Assembly (NCBI GenBank): GCA_963737655.1
Contig: CAVTTN010000002.1
Location: forward strand, 4,448,001-4,512,000
Direction of reading: 5' to 3'
Source of the DNA: an uncultured Planctomycetota bacterium
GTDB taxonomy: Bacteria; Planctomycetota; Planctomycetia; Isosphaerales; Isosphaeraceae
DNA length: 64,000 nt
The stretch's first letter is position 1. Each line of letters begins with the position of its first letter. Below the pieces are notes generated by a model. That model saw nothing but the letters and a program-made list of their open reading frames with translations, was not told the origin of the DNA and did no database searches. Positions 8,307 through 18,245 of this stretch are shown here, piece after piece. A program made the position numbers and the translations under genes.

Positions 8307-10289
8307 TCAGCGGGTTTCGGCCGTCCATCCCTGCTTGAACAGGCGGACGACCCGACCCGGGCGCGCGTCGGCGGGCAGGTCCGACGCCTCCAGGACCCAG
8401 CGCATCCCGCTGTCGCCCAGGGTGCCGCGCGCCTCGGGGTCGATGTTCGGCGGGTAGCCGGCGAAGCCGAAATTCCAGGGCGGCCCGGGGGCCGGGCGGA
8501 GCGAGTCGTCGGCCGGCCGGGCGAAGACCCGCTGGCCCCACGGGTCGCCCCCGAGGATCGCCTCCAGCTCCCGACGTCTCGCCGCAAAGAGCGCCACCGT
8601 GACTTTTTTGCCCTCAATCCGCTCGATCCAACCCGGAACGCCACGTTCCCGCCACTGATCGCGATGGCGATTGCGCCGGTCCTCCATGGCCATCTTCTGC
8701 GAATCCGATCCGGACCAGATCTCGGAGCAGACCCCCCGGCTCGTGGCAGTCCGCCCCCGAAGATTCACGAGCAATTCGTCCCCCTTCGCCAGATCCCCCA
8801 GGCTCGCCGACTTACCTCCTTTGAAGACCCGGGTCCGCTCGTCCACCGAGAGGATTTCCCGGCCGAAGTCCGGCGGCCGGACCATCGCCTCTTTCTCGTC
8901 CTTCACCAAACCATGCTGAACGGCCACGAACAAAACCCCCTCGTCGAGCCGCAGCTCCTCCACCCGGAGGGTCACCCGCTCGTCCACCAGGTGCGTGAAA
9001 TCGTCGGAGATCACGGACGCCTTCGTGAAGGCACCCGACCCGTCCGGGTGGAGGAAAAAGCGGCAGCGGTTGCCGATCGGCACGTCCCGGAGCTGGGCTT
9101 CCGCGTCGAGAGACAGGACCTGACCATACGGAAGCAACCCAAACGCGACGATTTCGCCGGTCCGATCGGTTCGGAACGTCCCGGATCGCCCGTCGTCACC
9201 GATCGTGAGGAGCTCGCCGAGAATCCCGTGATGCGAGTGATACGGCGGGAACTGGTCGGGCCGAGGGCGGAACCAGGGGAGATGGGCGTTGCCCGAATCG
9301 GTCCGATAGGGGTAGAGGTTCGGGTCGATCCGGTCGGGCCGGGCGTCGGGGGCCTCGCTGTAAACGCATTCTCCATAAGGCATATCGCGAACCGGCCACG
9401 ACGGATGGGCGAACAAACGGACGATCTCCCCCTTGCGGAACCCTTCAAGGAGCAAGTCGGGCTCGATCGTCCATCGAACACCAGCGATCCCGGGTTGATC
9501 CGGTTTGAACGCTTCGAAAGCGAGGATTTTCGACCGTTTGCGATCGACGGGCGGGTTATACGTGCGCAACTCGTCATTCGCGACCACCGTATCGACGTGG
9601 CGATGCTCGCTTGCCCATTTCGCCGGGTCGATTCCCTCGTCGTTCATCAACGATCGCAGGCCCTCCGGATCGCCCAGGAGCGAGACCGTCATGACCTTGC
9701 CCGCGACCCGCTCGACCCTCGCCGCGATCCCCCGTTCCCGGATGAACTGGCGATGCCTCGCCTTCTGCCCCTCGATCGCGATCGTCCGGGCCTCCGAGCC
9801 TGCCCAGAACTCCGAAACCACGCCATTTCCCGAAAAATTGAGGAGGAGGTCGTCTCCCGGGACGAGTTCCCGGGCCTCCGAGGCGGCCTTCCCTCGCCAG
9901 AATCGCGAATGCCGGTCGATCCGGAGTTCGCGACGGGCCGCGCCCTGGGGGGTGACGACGAGCTTCCCTTGCTCCAACCGGACCTCGTCGAGCCGGGACG
10001 AGGCCCCGGCCCGGGTCATCGCGGTGAAATCGTCGCAAAGCGTGGTGACGACTCCGGTTTCCGCATCGGTCGAGGCGTGGAGGAGCGTCCCGAGCGGCAC
10101 GTCCCGCAAGTCCCCCTCGGCGCCGACGTAGAAAACGGTCCCGTTCGGGGGCAGGCGGAAATCGACGATCGTGCCATCGTCGACCCGCCGGATCTGCCCC
10201 GATCGATGGAGGAAATCGGCCTGGACGAGCGTGCCCTCGAAGCCCGTTTCGGCCCCGATCAACGCCAAACAAAGCAAACAGACCGTCAT
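8307..10289 (-). CDS. Exported hypothetical protein made of two homologous halves
   Basis: Start MTVCLLCLALIGA overlaps the DUF1552 stop (ATGA); internal duplication (LRDVPLGT/LRDVPIGN, DDFT x2, RHRQFIRERG/RHRDQWRERG). Confidence 0.8.
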   Translation of the reverse strand: MTVCLLCLALIGAETGFEGTLVQADFLHRSGQIRRVDDGTIVDFRLPPNGTVFYVGAEGDLRDVPLGTLLHASTDAETGVVTTLCDDFTAMTRAGASSRLDEVRLEQGKLVVTPQGAARRELRIDRHSRFWRGKAASEARELVPGDDLLLNFSGNGVVSEFWAGSEARTIAIEGQKARHRQFIRERGIAARVERVAGKVMTVSLLGDPEGLRSLMNDEGIDPAKWASEHRHVDTVVANDELRTYNPPVDRKRSKILAFEAFKPDQPGIAGVRWTIEPDLLLEGFRKGEIVRLFAHPSWPVRDMPYGECVYSEAPDARPDRIDPNLYPYRTDSGNAHLPWFRPRPDQFPPYHSHHGILGELLTIGDDGRSGTFRTDRTGEIVAFGLLPYGQVLSLDAEAQLRDVPIGNRCRFFLHPDGSGAFTKASVISDDFTHLVDERVTLRVEELRLDEGVLFVAVQHGLVKDEKEAMVRPPDFGREILSVDERTRVFKGGKSASLGDLAKGDELLVNLRGRTATSRGVCSEIWSGSDSQKMAMEDRRNRHRDQWRERGVPGWIERIEGKKVTVALFAARRRELEAILGGDPWGQRVFARPADDSLRPAPGPPWNFGFAGYPPNIDPEARGTLGDSGMRWVLEASDLPADARPGRVVRLFKQGWTAETR

Positions 10290-11677
10290 GCCGAGACCTC
10301 CGAGACCGGCCCCACGCTGTCCACGAATGTCTCGGTCTCGACGCCCATCTTGTGGAGCATGGTGAGCATCAGGTTGCTCAGGCGGGCCTTGTCGTCCTTG
10401 GGACGGCCGCAGAGGTCCAGCCATTCGTCGTAATCGAGCTTGTAAGGGCCACCCTGCGGCTTGTTGTAATCGATGTGATGGCCATGCTTTAGGCCAAGAC
10501 CGCGACCCCCCGCCAGGAGGATGGGCAGGTTGCTGTTGGAGTGGCTGTGGCCGTAGCTCATCCCGCTGCCGAAGAGGACCATCGTCCGGTCGAGCAGCGG
10601 TTCGCCGCCGTCATTCACGGTTCGGAGCCGGTCCAGGAAATAGCCGAATTGCTGCATGAGAAAGGCGTCGCTCTTGGCCAATCGGCCGAGCATCTCGGCG
10701 TCTCCGCCGTGGTGGGAGAGCTGGTGGCGGGACTGGGTGATGCCGATCTCGGGGATCGCCAGGCCGTTCCCCTCGCTGCCGCTCATGTAGCTGACCACCC
10801 GGGTCATGTCGGTGCGGAGGGCCAGGACGATCAGGTCATACATCGTTCGGTAATATTCGCCGGCGCGGTCCTTGGTCACGTTTCGTTGGAATGGGGCGCC
10901 GTCCACCTTCGGTTTGGGTCGGTCGAGCCAGGCGTCAAGCCGAGCGGCTCGTTGCTCGACATCCCGGACCGAGTGGAGGTACTCGTCGAGCTTGGTCCGG
11001 TCGTCGGTTCCGAGCCCCCGGCGGAGTGATTTCGCATCATCGAGCACGGAATCCAGGACGCTCCGGCGGCGGACCAGCTCGCGGCGGCGGGCCGCCACGC
11101 CCCCGGGCTCCTCGCCGAAGAGGCGGTCGAACACGGTCCGGGGGTTGTCCTCGGCCGGCAGGGGGACGCCGTCTCGCGAGAAGGCCAGCGTGGTCGAGTT
11201 GTTCGGCTGCCCGGTCCCCGAGCTGATCGAGAGCTCCAGGGAGGCGAACCGGGTGTGGGGCGAGGTCACCTCGGCCATCATCTGATCGCACGAAATCGTG
11301 TTGTGGTATTGCCTTGCGCCCTGGGCGTCGATGCTCGCGCCGGTCAGCCACGTATCGGCGCAGACGTGCGCCTGGCCCAATCCGTTGGGGTGATGCAGGC
11401 CGCTGAAGACGGTGAACTCGTCGCGGAGCTTCTCCAGGGGCCGCAGAGACGGCGAAAGCTCGTATCCCGCCCCGGGCTTCGTCACCTGCCAGGTCATCCC
11501 GTTCACACCGTTGGGGATGTAAACGAAAACGCTCCGTCGCGGACGATCGGCGGCCTGGGCGGCCGACGCGCGGAGCGGGGTCATCGCGTCCAGCAGCGGG
11601 AGGGCCACCGAGGCGCCGACCCCCCGGAGGAACAGGCGGCGGGACAGGAGCCAGCGTTGCGCCAGGACGTTGCTCAT
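10286..11677 (-). CDS. DUF1552 domain protein (Tat-exported)
   Basis: SRRLFLRGVGASVALPLLDAM Tat-type start, YIPNGV, DRTKLDEYLHSVRDVE, ALRTDMTRV, HQLSHH, NLPILLAGG. Confidence 0.93.
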   Translation of the reverse strand: MSNVLAQRWLLSRRLFLRGVGASVALPLLDAMTPLRASAAQAADRPRRSVFVYIPNGVNGMTWQVTKPGAGYELSPSLRPLEKLRDEFTVFSGLHHPNGLGQAHVCADTWLTGASIDAQGARQYHNTISCDQMMAEVTSPHTRFASLELSISSGTGQPNNSTTLAFSRDGVPLPAEDNPRTVFDRLFGEEPGGVAARRRELVRRRSVLDSVLDDAKSLRRGLGTDDRTKLDEYLHSVRDVEQRAARLDAWLDRPKPKVDGAPFQRNVTKDRAGEYYRTMYDLIVLALRTDMTRVVSYMSGSEGNGLAIPEIGITQSRHQLSHHGGDAEMLGRLAKSDAFLMQQFGYFLDRLRTVNDGGEPLLDRTMVLFGSGMSYGHSHSNSNLPILLAGGRGLGLKHGHHIDYNKPQGGPYKLDYDEWLDLCGRPKDDKARLSNLMLTMLHKMGVETETFVDSVGPVSEVSA

Positions 11678-11750
11678 GGGCCTCGGGCCTTTCCCGACGG
11701 TCGGGGGCGGGGGATGGGGTGCGGTGGGGTTCTGGGGGGATGAGGGCGGC

Positions 11751-11772
11751 GGGTGCCTAGGCTGCACCCTAC
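11751..11772 (-). repeat. GTAG-type REP palindrome overlapping the stop codon of the DUF1592 gene
   Basis: Minus strand GTAGGGTGCAGCCTAGGCACCC. Confidence 0.6.
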
Positions 11773-14258
11773 TTCTTCCCGAAGAGGTCGCTTTCGACCA
11801 GGGTTTCGATCAGCGAGGCCAGGCCGTAACCCTGGGCTTTGGAACGGGATGCGATCTCGGCGAGGGCCCTGCGGTCGTCGATCGTGGTGCCTCGACGCAG
11901 GGCATAGGTGGCCAGCTTGCCGGCCAGGGCGACCGCGAAACGGTCGAGGTCGTCCTTCATCAACGATTTCAAGCCGTTGGCGTCGCTGAACTTGCGGCCG
12001 TCGGGCAACTCGCCCGAGGGATCGACGTCCGGGTTCGTCCCGGAGCCGTCGCGAACGTCCTCGCGGGTCCTCCATCGGCCGATCGCGTCGTACTGCTCGA
12101 ACGCCAGCCCGAGAGGGTCGATCTTGCGATGGCAGCCGGCGCAGCTGGCCTCGTTGCGATGGGCTTCAATCTTGGCCCGAAGCGAGGTTTTGGGTTGATT
12201 GGGTGGAGTGGGCTTGATCGCCGTCACGTTGGCCGGCGGAGGCGGGGGCGGTGAGCCGTAAATCGATTCCAGGAGCCACTTTCCGCGATGGACCGGCCGA
12301 TGCCTGGTGCCGTCGGACGTCAGGCCCAGGATCGACGCCTGGGTGAGCAGGCCGCCCCGGTGGGCCTCGGGGCGGAGGGGCACCCGACGCATGACCTCGC
12401 CGTCCACCCCGTCGATCCCGTAGTGGTTCGCGAGGATGCCGTTGAGCATGGTCCAGTCGGAGTCGAGGAACTCGCGGATCGAGAGGTTTCTGGACAAAAC
12501 TTCCCGAAAAAACGCGGTCGTCTCGGCAACCATGCTCGTTTCGAGGTATTCGTCGTAATCCGGGTAGAGTTTGCGATCGGGAGCGAACATTCCAACACGG
12601 CGAAGCTGGAGCCACTGGCGGGGAAAGGACCCGGCGAAGGCCGAGGCGCGGGGGTCCTGGAGCATCCGGCGGACCTCATCCCGACGCACTTCGGGCCGTT
12701 TCAGCTCGCCCCGACGGGCCAGGTCGATCAGGCGGTCGTCGGGCATCGTGCTCCAGAGGAAGTACGACAGCCGCGAGGCCAGCTCCCAGTCGGTCAGACG
12801 CTCGGAGGGGTCGGAGGCGGAACCCTCGACGAGGTAGAGGAATGCGTTCGAGCAGAGGACGGCCGTGAGGGCCGTCTTGACCGACGCCTCGAAGGAGTCG
12901 CCGAGCCCCCGGGATGCCTCGAACAGTTTCACGAGGCGGTCGAGCTCGTCGGGGCGGACCGGGCGGCGATAGGCGCGGGTCGCGAACCGGGAAAGGATGT
13001 CTCGGGCGTAGGCGGCATCCCTGGTCACGCCTTCCCCGGCGAAGAAGATGCGATCGTGGGCGGGGGTCGGCCACGATTCTTGCAAGGGGCCTTCCCACTC
13101 GATCCAGTCGAGGAGGATGGTGGGCCAGATGGGCTTGCCGTCGTCGTCGGTGAGCTTGATTTGCCAGGGTTGGCGGGCGGACATCTTGAAGAACGGGCGG
13201 GTGTTGAGCGGTCGGGAGGCTCGCTCCTCCGGGTTGGGTCCGGGGACGGCGTTGACGATGCGGATCAGGTGGGTCCCGGCTGGCAGGTGGGTTCGGAATT
13301 CCAGGGTGGTGGGGCGGTCTTCGGGGGCGTCCACGTCGCCTTCGAAGATCGCACGGCCGAGATCGGTCGCGTAGAGCCGAAGTCGTGCGGCCCGGCCACC
13401 TTCGGGACGAAGGCCGCTGAGCTTGACCCTCACGGCGTACTCGCCGGGCGAGGGGATCACCAGGTCCCGGCCGTCCAGAGCGCCGTTGTTGGGGACGATG
13501 TCGGCGCGGACCTGGTCGAGCATCCCCCGGGCGGCGAGTTCTCGGGCGATGTCGCCCCGGACCCGCATCTGGGCGGCCGTCCAGCGGATGGTTTCGGTCG
13601 GGGGTCGGGGACCGAGGGCGAGGGCCTCGTTCAGGACGGAATCGGCGGCGGCGAGGTACTTCTCGACGTGGGTCGCCGACAGCGAGAGGACCGGCCCGAG
13701 CCTCTCAAAGCCTTGCCAATCCGGGTCTTCGGGCAAGCCTGCGGGGTCGGAGGCGTCGAACGTGACGCCGAGGAGGTCGCGGATCGTGTTGCGGTATTCC
13801 TCGCGAGAGAGCCGGCGGAAGGCGATCCGCTCGCCCAGGTTCGCGCGGCGGGCGGCCTCGGCCTCTTCCATCCGGGAGCCGATCCACTCGGAGATCCGGG
13901 CGGATTCCTCGGCCGTCGGGCGGGGTTCCCTGGGCGGGGGCATCTCGCCCGAGCCGATCCGGTCGAGGATCTCGGCCCATCGGGTGGCGGTGCGGGTCTC
14001 GGCGAAGTCGGTGCCGAGCTGGTCGACGCGGAGGTCGCCCTTGGCCTTCGCCTCGCCGTGGCAGCGGACGCAGTGGCTGGCGAGGAACGGCCGGACGTCG
14101 GCCGAGAAGTCGGGAGGGTCGGCGGCCTCGGCGACGGCGGGCGCCTGGATCAGCAGGAGGATTCCGATCGCGGCTCGGAGGGAGGGGCTCAAGGCGGTGG
14201 TCCCCGAGGGGCCGGCGGGGCCGGACGGGTGATCGTCCGGGTTCCTGCGATCGATCAT
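11769..14258 (-). CDS. DUF1592/1588/1587/1595/1585 (PSD) protein with c-type heme motifs
   Basis: CVRCH and CAGCH, RRLSREEYRNTIRDLLG, ELASRLSYFLWSTMPD, RGGLLTQ, PVHRGKW, DPLGLAFEQYDAIGRWR. Confidence 0.93.
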   Translation of the reverse strand: MIDRRNPDDHPSGPAGPSGTTALSPSLRAAIGILLLIQAPAVAEAADPPDFSADVRPFLASHCVRCHGEAKAKGDLRVDQLGTDFAETRTATRWAEILDRIGSGEMPPPREPRPTAEESARISEWIGSRMEEAEAARRANLGERIAFRRLSREEYRNTIRDLLGVTFDASDPAGLPEDPDWQGFERLGPVLSLSATHVEKYLAAADSVLNEALALGPRPPTETIRWTAAQMRVRGDIARELAARGMLDQVRADIVPNNGALDGRDLVIPSPGEYAVRVKLSGLRPEGGRAARLRLYATDLGRAIFEGDVDAPEDRPTTLEFRTHLPAGTHLIRIVNAVPGPNPEERASRPLNTRPFFKMSARQPWQIKLTDDDGKPIWPTILLDWIEWEGPLQESWPTPAHDRIFFAGEGVTRDAAYARDILSRFATRAYRRPVRPDELDRLVKLFEASRGLGDSFEASVKTALTAVLCSNAFLYLVEGSASDPSERLTDWELASRLSYFLWSTMPDDRLIDLARRGELKRPEVRRDEVRRMLQDPRASAFAGSFPRQWLQLRRVGMFAPDRKLYPDYDEYLETSMVAETTAFFREVLSRNLSIREFLDSDWTMLNGILANHYGIDGVDGEVMRRVPLRPEAHRGGLLTQASILGLTSDGTRHRPVHRGKWLLESIYGSPPPPPPANVTAIKPTPPNQPKTSLRAKIEAHRNEASCAGCHRKIDPLGLAFEQYDAIGRWRTREDVRDGSGTNPDVDPSGELPDGRKFSDANGLKSLMKDDLDRFAVALAGKLATYALRRGTTIDDRRALAEIASRSKAQGYGLASLIETLVESDLFGKK

Positions 14259-14297
14259 ACCAGAGATCCCCGGCGATGCGAGGCTCCGGGCGAGCGA

Positions 14298-14978
14298 TCA
14301 TCCATTCTCCAGGACCCACTGCGCGGCGGACCGGGCGAGCTCGGCGGACGTCTTGAGCCCGAGCTTGGCCTTGATTCGTTGGCGATAGGTCTCGATGGTA
14401 TGGATGCTCAGCTTCATGGAATCGGCGGTCTCGGCGGTGGTCTTGCCCAGGCCGATGGCCCGGAAGACCTCGAGCTCGCGGCTGGAGAGCGATTCCAGGG
14501 GCGTGACCACCCCGGCGGCGGCGGTCCCGGAGACCGCTCTCAGGACGAGGCGGGCCGACATCTCGGGGCTGAGGAAGGGTCGGCCGCGGAGGATACATCG
14601 GATTGCCTCGATGATCCGCCCGGCGACCTCGTGCTTGCTGATGTAGCCCATGGCGCCGGCGTTGAGGGCCCTCTCGGCGTAGAGTTCCTCGGGATACATC
14701 GAGCAGACGAGGATGAGGATGCCGGAGGCCCGGGCGCGGATGCGGCGGATCAGGTCGATCCCGTCCCCGTCGCCCAGGGAGATGTCGATGAGGGCCAGGT
14801 CGGGGCGGGTGGCGTCGATCCGGGCGAGGGCCTCGGGGATACTGGCGGCTTCTCCGCAAACTTCCAGGTCGGGCTGGCGGCCGATCCGGATGGCCAGCCC
14901 TTCCCGGACGATCGGGTGATCATCGACGATCAGCACCCGGGCCGGATTCCGGGCCGAGGTCTCCCCGCGATCGAGCAT
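14298..14978 (-). CDS. NarL/LuxR-family response regulator
   Basis: VLIVDDHPIVREGL receiver plus LSSRELEVF...TIETYRQRIKAKLGL HTH. Confidence 0.95.
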   Translation of the reverse strand: MLDRGETSARNPARVLIVDDHPIVREGLAIRIGRQPDLEVCGEAASIPEALARIDATRPDLALIDISLGDGDGIDLIRRIRARASGILILVCSMYPEELYAERALNAGAMGYISKHEVAGRIIEAIRCILRGRPFLSPEMSARLVLRAVSGTAAAGVVTPLESLSSRELEVFRAIGLGKTTAETADSMKLSIHTIETYRQRIKAKLGLKTSAELARSAAQWVLENG

Positions 14979-17090
14979 CCCGCCGCCCTCCGCCGACGAG
15001 GCAAGCCACTCGGGTGCCTCGGCCCTCCGCCGGGCCGATTTCGAGCGATGCGCCGAGCAGGTCCGCGCGATACCTCATGATCTTGAGGCCGAGGCCGAGG
15101 CCCCGCACCTCGGGGATGCCGACGCCGTCGTCCCGGACCTCCAGGGAGGTTCGTCCGTCGGCCTGGGCGAGCCGGATCCGAATCCGGCGGGGCTTGCCGT
15201 GCTTGATGGCATTGGCGATCGCCTCCTGGGCGATCCGGAAGAGCTGGGTGGCGACCGGGACCTCGGCGACGAGGACGTGGGCCTCACACTCCACGGAGGC
15301 TTCGATCCCGTGGAGATCGGTGACCCGGAAGGCCAGCTCCTGGAGGGCCTGTCGGAGGCCGAGGGCCTCGACTTCCATCGGGACCAGTCCGCGGGCCAGG
15401 GCCTGAACCCTCGCCCGGGCCCGCTCCAGGCGGTTGCCGATCCTCGCGGCCAGGCCCGCCTCGGCCGATCCGGCCTCGACCAGGGCGTCGGCCAGGGCGC
15501 CGACCATCAGGCCCACTCCGGTGAGCTCCTGGCCCACGTCGTCGTGGAGGTCCTGGCCGATCCGCCTCTGTTCCTGCTCGGCGATCGAGAGCACCTCCCT
15601 CTGGAGCGACTTCAGCCCGGTCAGGTCGCTGGCGACGCCCAGGATCGAGACCACCGAGCCGTCGGGGCCGAACTCGGGGACCAGTCGGGAATAGTAGTGC
15701 CGGGAGCCGGAGGGGCCCTCTAAGGAGAATTCCAGCTCGGTCGGGCGGCGGGTGCGGATGGTCTCCGCGATCCGCCCTTCCCAGAGCGCGTTGAGGTCCG
15801 GCGGCATCCCCAGCTCGCGGTTGGTCCGGCCCAGGAACTGCTCTCGGGGCCTCCCGGTCGCCTCCTCGACGGCCCGGTTCACGTAGACGTGGCGGAGGCC
15901 CAGGTCGAATCGGGCGATGATCAGAGGGCTGTTCTCGGCCAGGGCCTCGAAGGCGATCTCCCGTCGTCGGAGGTCCTCCTCGGCCTCCCTGCGGGCGGAG
16001 ATGTCGCGGACGATCCCGGTGAACAGGCGTCGGCCTCCCTCCCGGAACTCGCCGACGGCCAGCTCCATCGGGAAGGTCGAGCCGTCTCGCCGCAGGCCCC
16101 GGACCTCCCGGCCGATGCCGATGACCCGGGCCAGCCCGGTCTGGGCGTAGGCGGCGAGGTATCCGTCGTGCTCGGAGCGGTAGGGCTCGGGCATCAGCCC
16201 GGAGACCTTGCGGCCGATCATCTCCCGGGACGAGTAGCCGAAGATCCGCTCGGCGGCGGGGTTGGCCGTCTGGACGATGCCGGCTTCGTCGATCGTCAGG
16301 ACGCCATCGACGAGGTTCTCGACGATCGTCCTCATGCGATCGTCGCCGGCCCGGACGGCTTCCTCCAGCCGCTTCCATCCGGCGATGTCCTTGACGACGG
16401 CCAGGGAGTCCCCGGGCCCGTCGGCCCCGTCCGGGCCCGTGAGACCTTCAGGCGGACCCAGGCCTCCGAGCCGTCGGCCCGGACGTGGCAGATTTCCCGG
16501 GCCGTCCAGCCCTCCGGGTCGGCGGCGGGCATCAGGCCGCTCAGGGCGCCGTCGAGGAGCTCCTCGCGAGACGAGCCCACCATCTCGCAGAGGGTCCGGT
16601 TGACCCAGAGCCATCGGCCGAGGCCGTCGATGTGGGCGAGCCCGATCGGGGCGGTCTCCAGGGCCTGGCGGAGCCGGTCCGCCTCGCAGCCCTCCGGGCC
16701 CTGGTGCCGCCGGAGGATCGCCGACCAGCCGAGGATCCGGCCTTCTTCGTCCCGGATCGGCGAGACCTCGGGCTGGAGGAGGATCTCCCGGTTCTCCTTG
16801 GTCATCCAGGCGACAGGACCGGCCCCGGGGGCGGGCCCGAGGGTCGCGATCGGACGGCCGATCACCTCGTCCGGCCGATGGCCGAGCAGCCGCTCGGCGG
16901 CCGAGTTCCAGGTCATGATCCGGCCGTCGCGATCGACGGAAACGATGGCCAGGTCGAGGGATTCCACGACCGCGTCGAGCCATCGGGCCCGCTCCCGGGC
17001 CTTATGGGGGAGGCCGCCGATCGGGACGAAGGCCGCTCCCGGCCCGGAGTCCGACGCAGGCTGGTCCCCCGCTCGCCCGGGCGATCTCAT
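14920..17090 (-). CDS. Multi-PAS HisKA_3 sensor kinase with FixL-like heme PAS; 1-nt frameshift near 16410-16440
   Basis: PAS domains split across two frames; LMPEPYRSEHDGYL...IGIGREV.G.RRDGSTFPMEL (FixL-like); EQRRIGQDLHDDVGQEL; RIAQEAIANAIKHG, DDGVG, GLGL; GGAG RBS before ATG 17090. Confidence 0.85.
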
Positions 17091-17406
17091 GGCGTTCTCC
17101 AGCGTGGCACTCGTTCCGCCAATCCCCAGCGTCGGGGGTACACGCCGTGTGGATGGTACCACAGCGGTCGGAATCCTGGCCATCTCTGGCCAAAAATTCC
17201 CGAAGACCCGCCCCGTGGTGGATTCCACCACCCCAGGATCAAGGATCCCGCGATTGTGTCTGGGCTTAAATCGGATTAACCTCTTCGAGTCCTGGAGAGT
17301 TCCTCACTCCGGACGGAATCTGGGTCAAACCAGGGGCGGGCACCTCGCGGAACAGAAGCCTGTCCTCATTTCGTCCGGGACTCTCAAGGCCCTGGAGATC
17401 AAGACG

Positions 17407-17685
17407 ATGGTTGTCTCGAACGCACCGATCCCGACCAAGACGATCAAAGATGGGCTGGCCGACCGGCTCCGCCTGGTCTCGATGGACTTCGCCCGCCAGA
17501 AGCCTGGGCAACGCCTGTGCGATGTCCTGGGCCTGCCGCCCCGGACCCTCCAGAACTACGAGTCCGGCTGCACGATCCCGGCCGAGGTGATCCTGGCGAT
17601 CATCCACACTCTCGGGATCCATCCGAACTGGCTGATGACCGGCCAGGGGGCCCGGTATCGCCCCGCGAGCGTCAACCTCGATTGA
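17407..17685 (+). CDS. XRE/Cro-like HTH regulator
   Basis: LGLPPRTLQNYESG.TIPAEV...IHPNWLMTGQG; GGAG RBS. Confidence 0.85.
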   Translation: MVVSNAPIPTKTIKDGLADRLRLVSMDFARQKPGQRLCDVLGLPPRTLQNYESGCTIPAEVILAIIHTLGIHPNWLMTGQGARYRPASVNLD

Positions 17686-17760
17686 TGGCTCCGGTCCGGT
17701 GCGGGCCGGCTCCCGGGACCGACGCCTTTCGCCGCCGAGTGCCGGAGGATCGGGACGACG

Positions 17761-18033
17761 ATGTCCGAATCGAACGCCGAGCCGCCGCTGACCCTGCAAG
17801 TCGTCCGGCTCGATCCGACTTCGAGCTGGGACGACTCGATCCATTGCCTGGCTTGCGGGGAAGGCCTGGACGTCAATCAGCCGGACCTGGCCGACCCCGA
17901 CCATCTGCTCGGGACGTGCCCGGCCTGCGGCTCGTGGCACCTCCTGGCTTGGGGCGAGGGGGAGGAGGCCGGCCTGATCTGCCGGCTGCCGGACTGGTCG
18001 GCGCTGAGGAAGGCCGCGGCCCCTCGGTCCTGA
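17761..18033 (+). CDS. Small zinc-ribbon protein
   Basis: CLAC...QPD...LLGTCPAC; GGAGG upstream. Confidence 0.75.
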   Translation: MSESNAEPPLTLQVVRLDPTSSWDDSIHCLACGEGLDVNQPDLADPDHLLGTCPACGSWHLLAWGEGEEAGLICRLPDWSALRKAAAPRS

Positions 18034-18245
18034 TCGGGCGAGGCGACGCGCGGCTCTCGGCGGCGCCGAACGGCCGGGCCGGAAGATTTCCGCTGGCGGT
18101 CCGGGGCCCGGGCCTGGTAGGATCACACGGAATGACCGAGAGGCCCATGACGCGGCCCCTCGGCGAGGGTCCGGAGAGCCCGTGAGTCGCCCGATCGGCG
18201 GCCCTCGGGCTCGTTTCGTTTCAGGACCGAAGGGTGGTTCGCCCG

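Noticed and set aside
17147..17163. Hairpin tgtgg-atggta-ccaca with an A1/G4 hexaloop as an ANTAR target
   Set aside because: No convincing second hexaloop hairpin or overlapping terminator nearby; a single 5-bp stem is expected by chance
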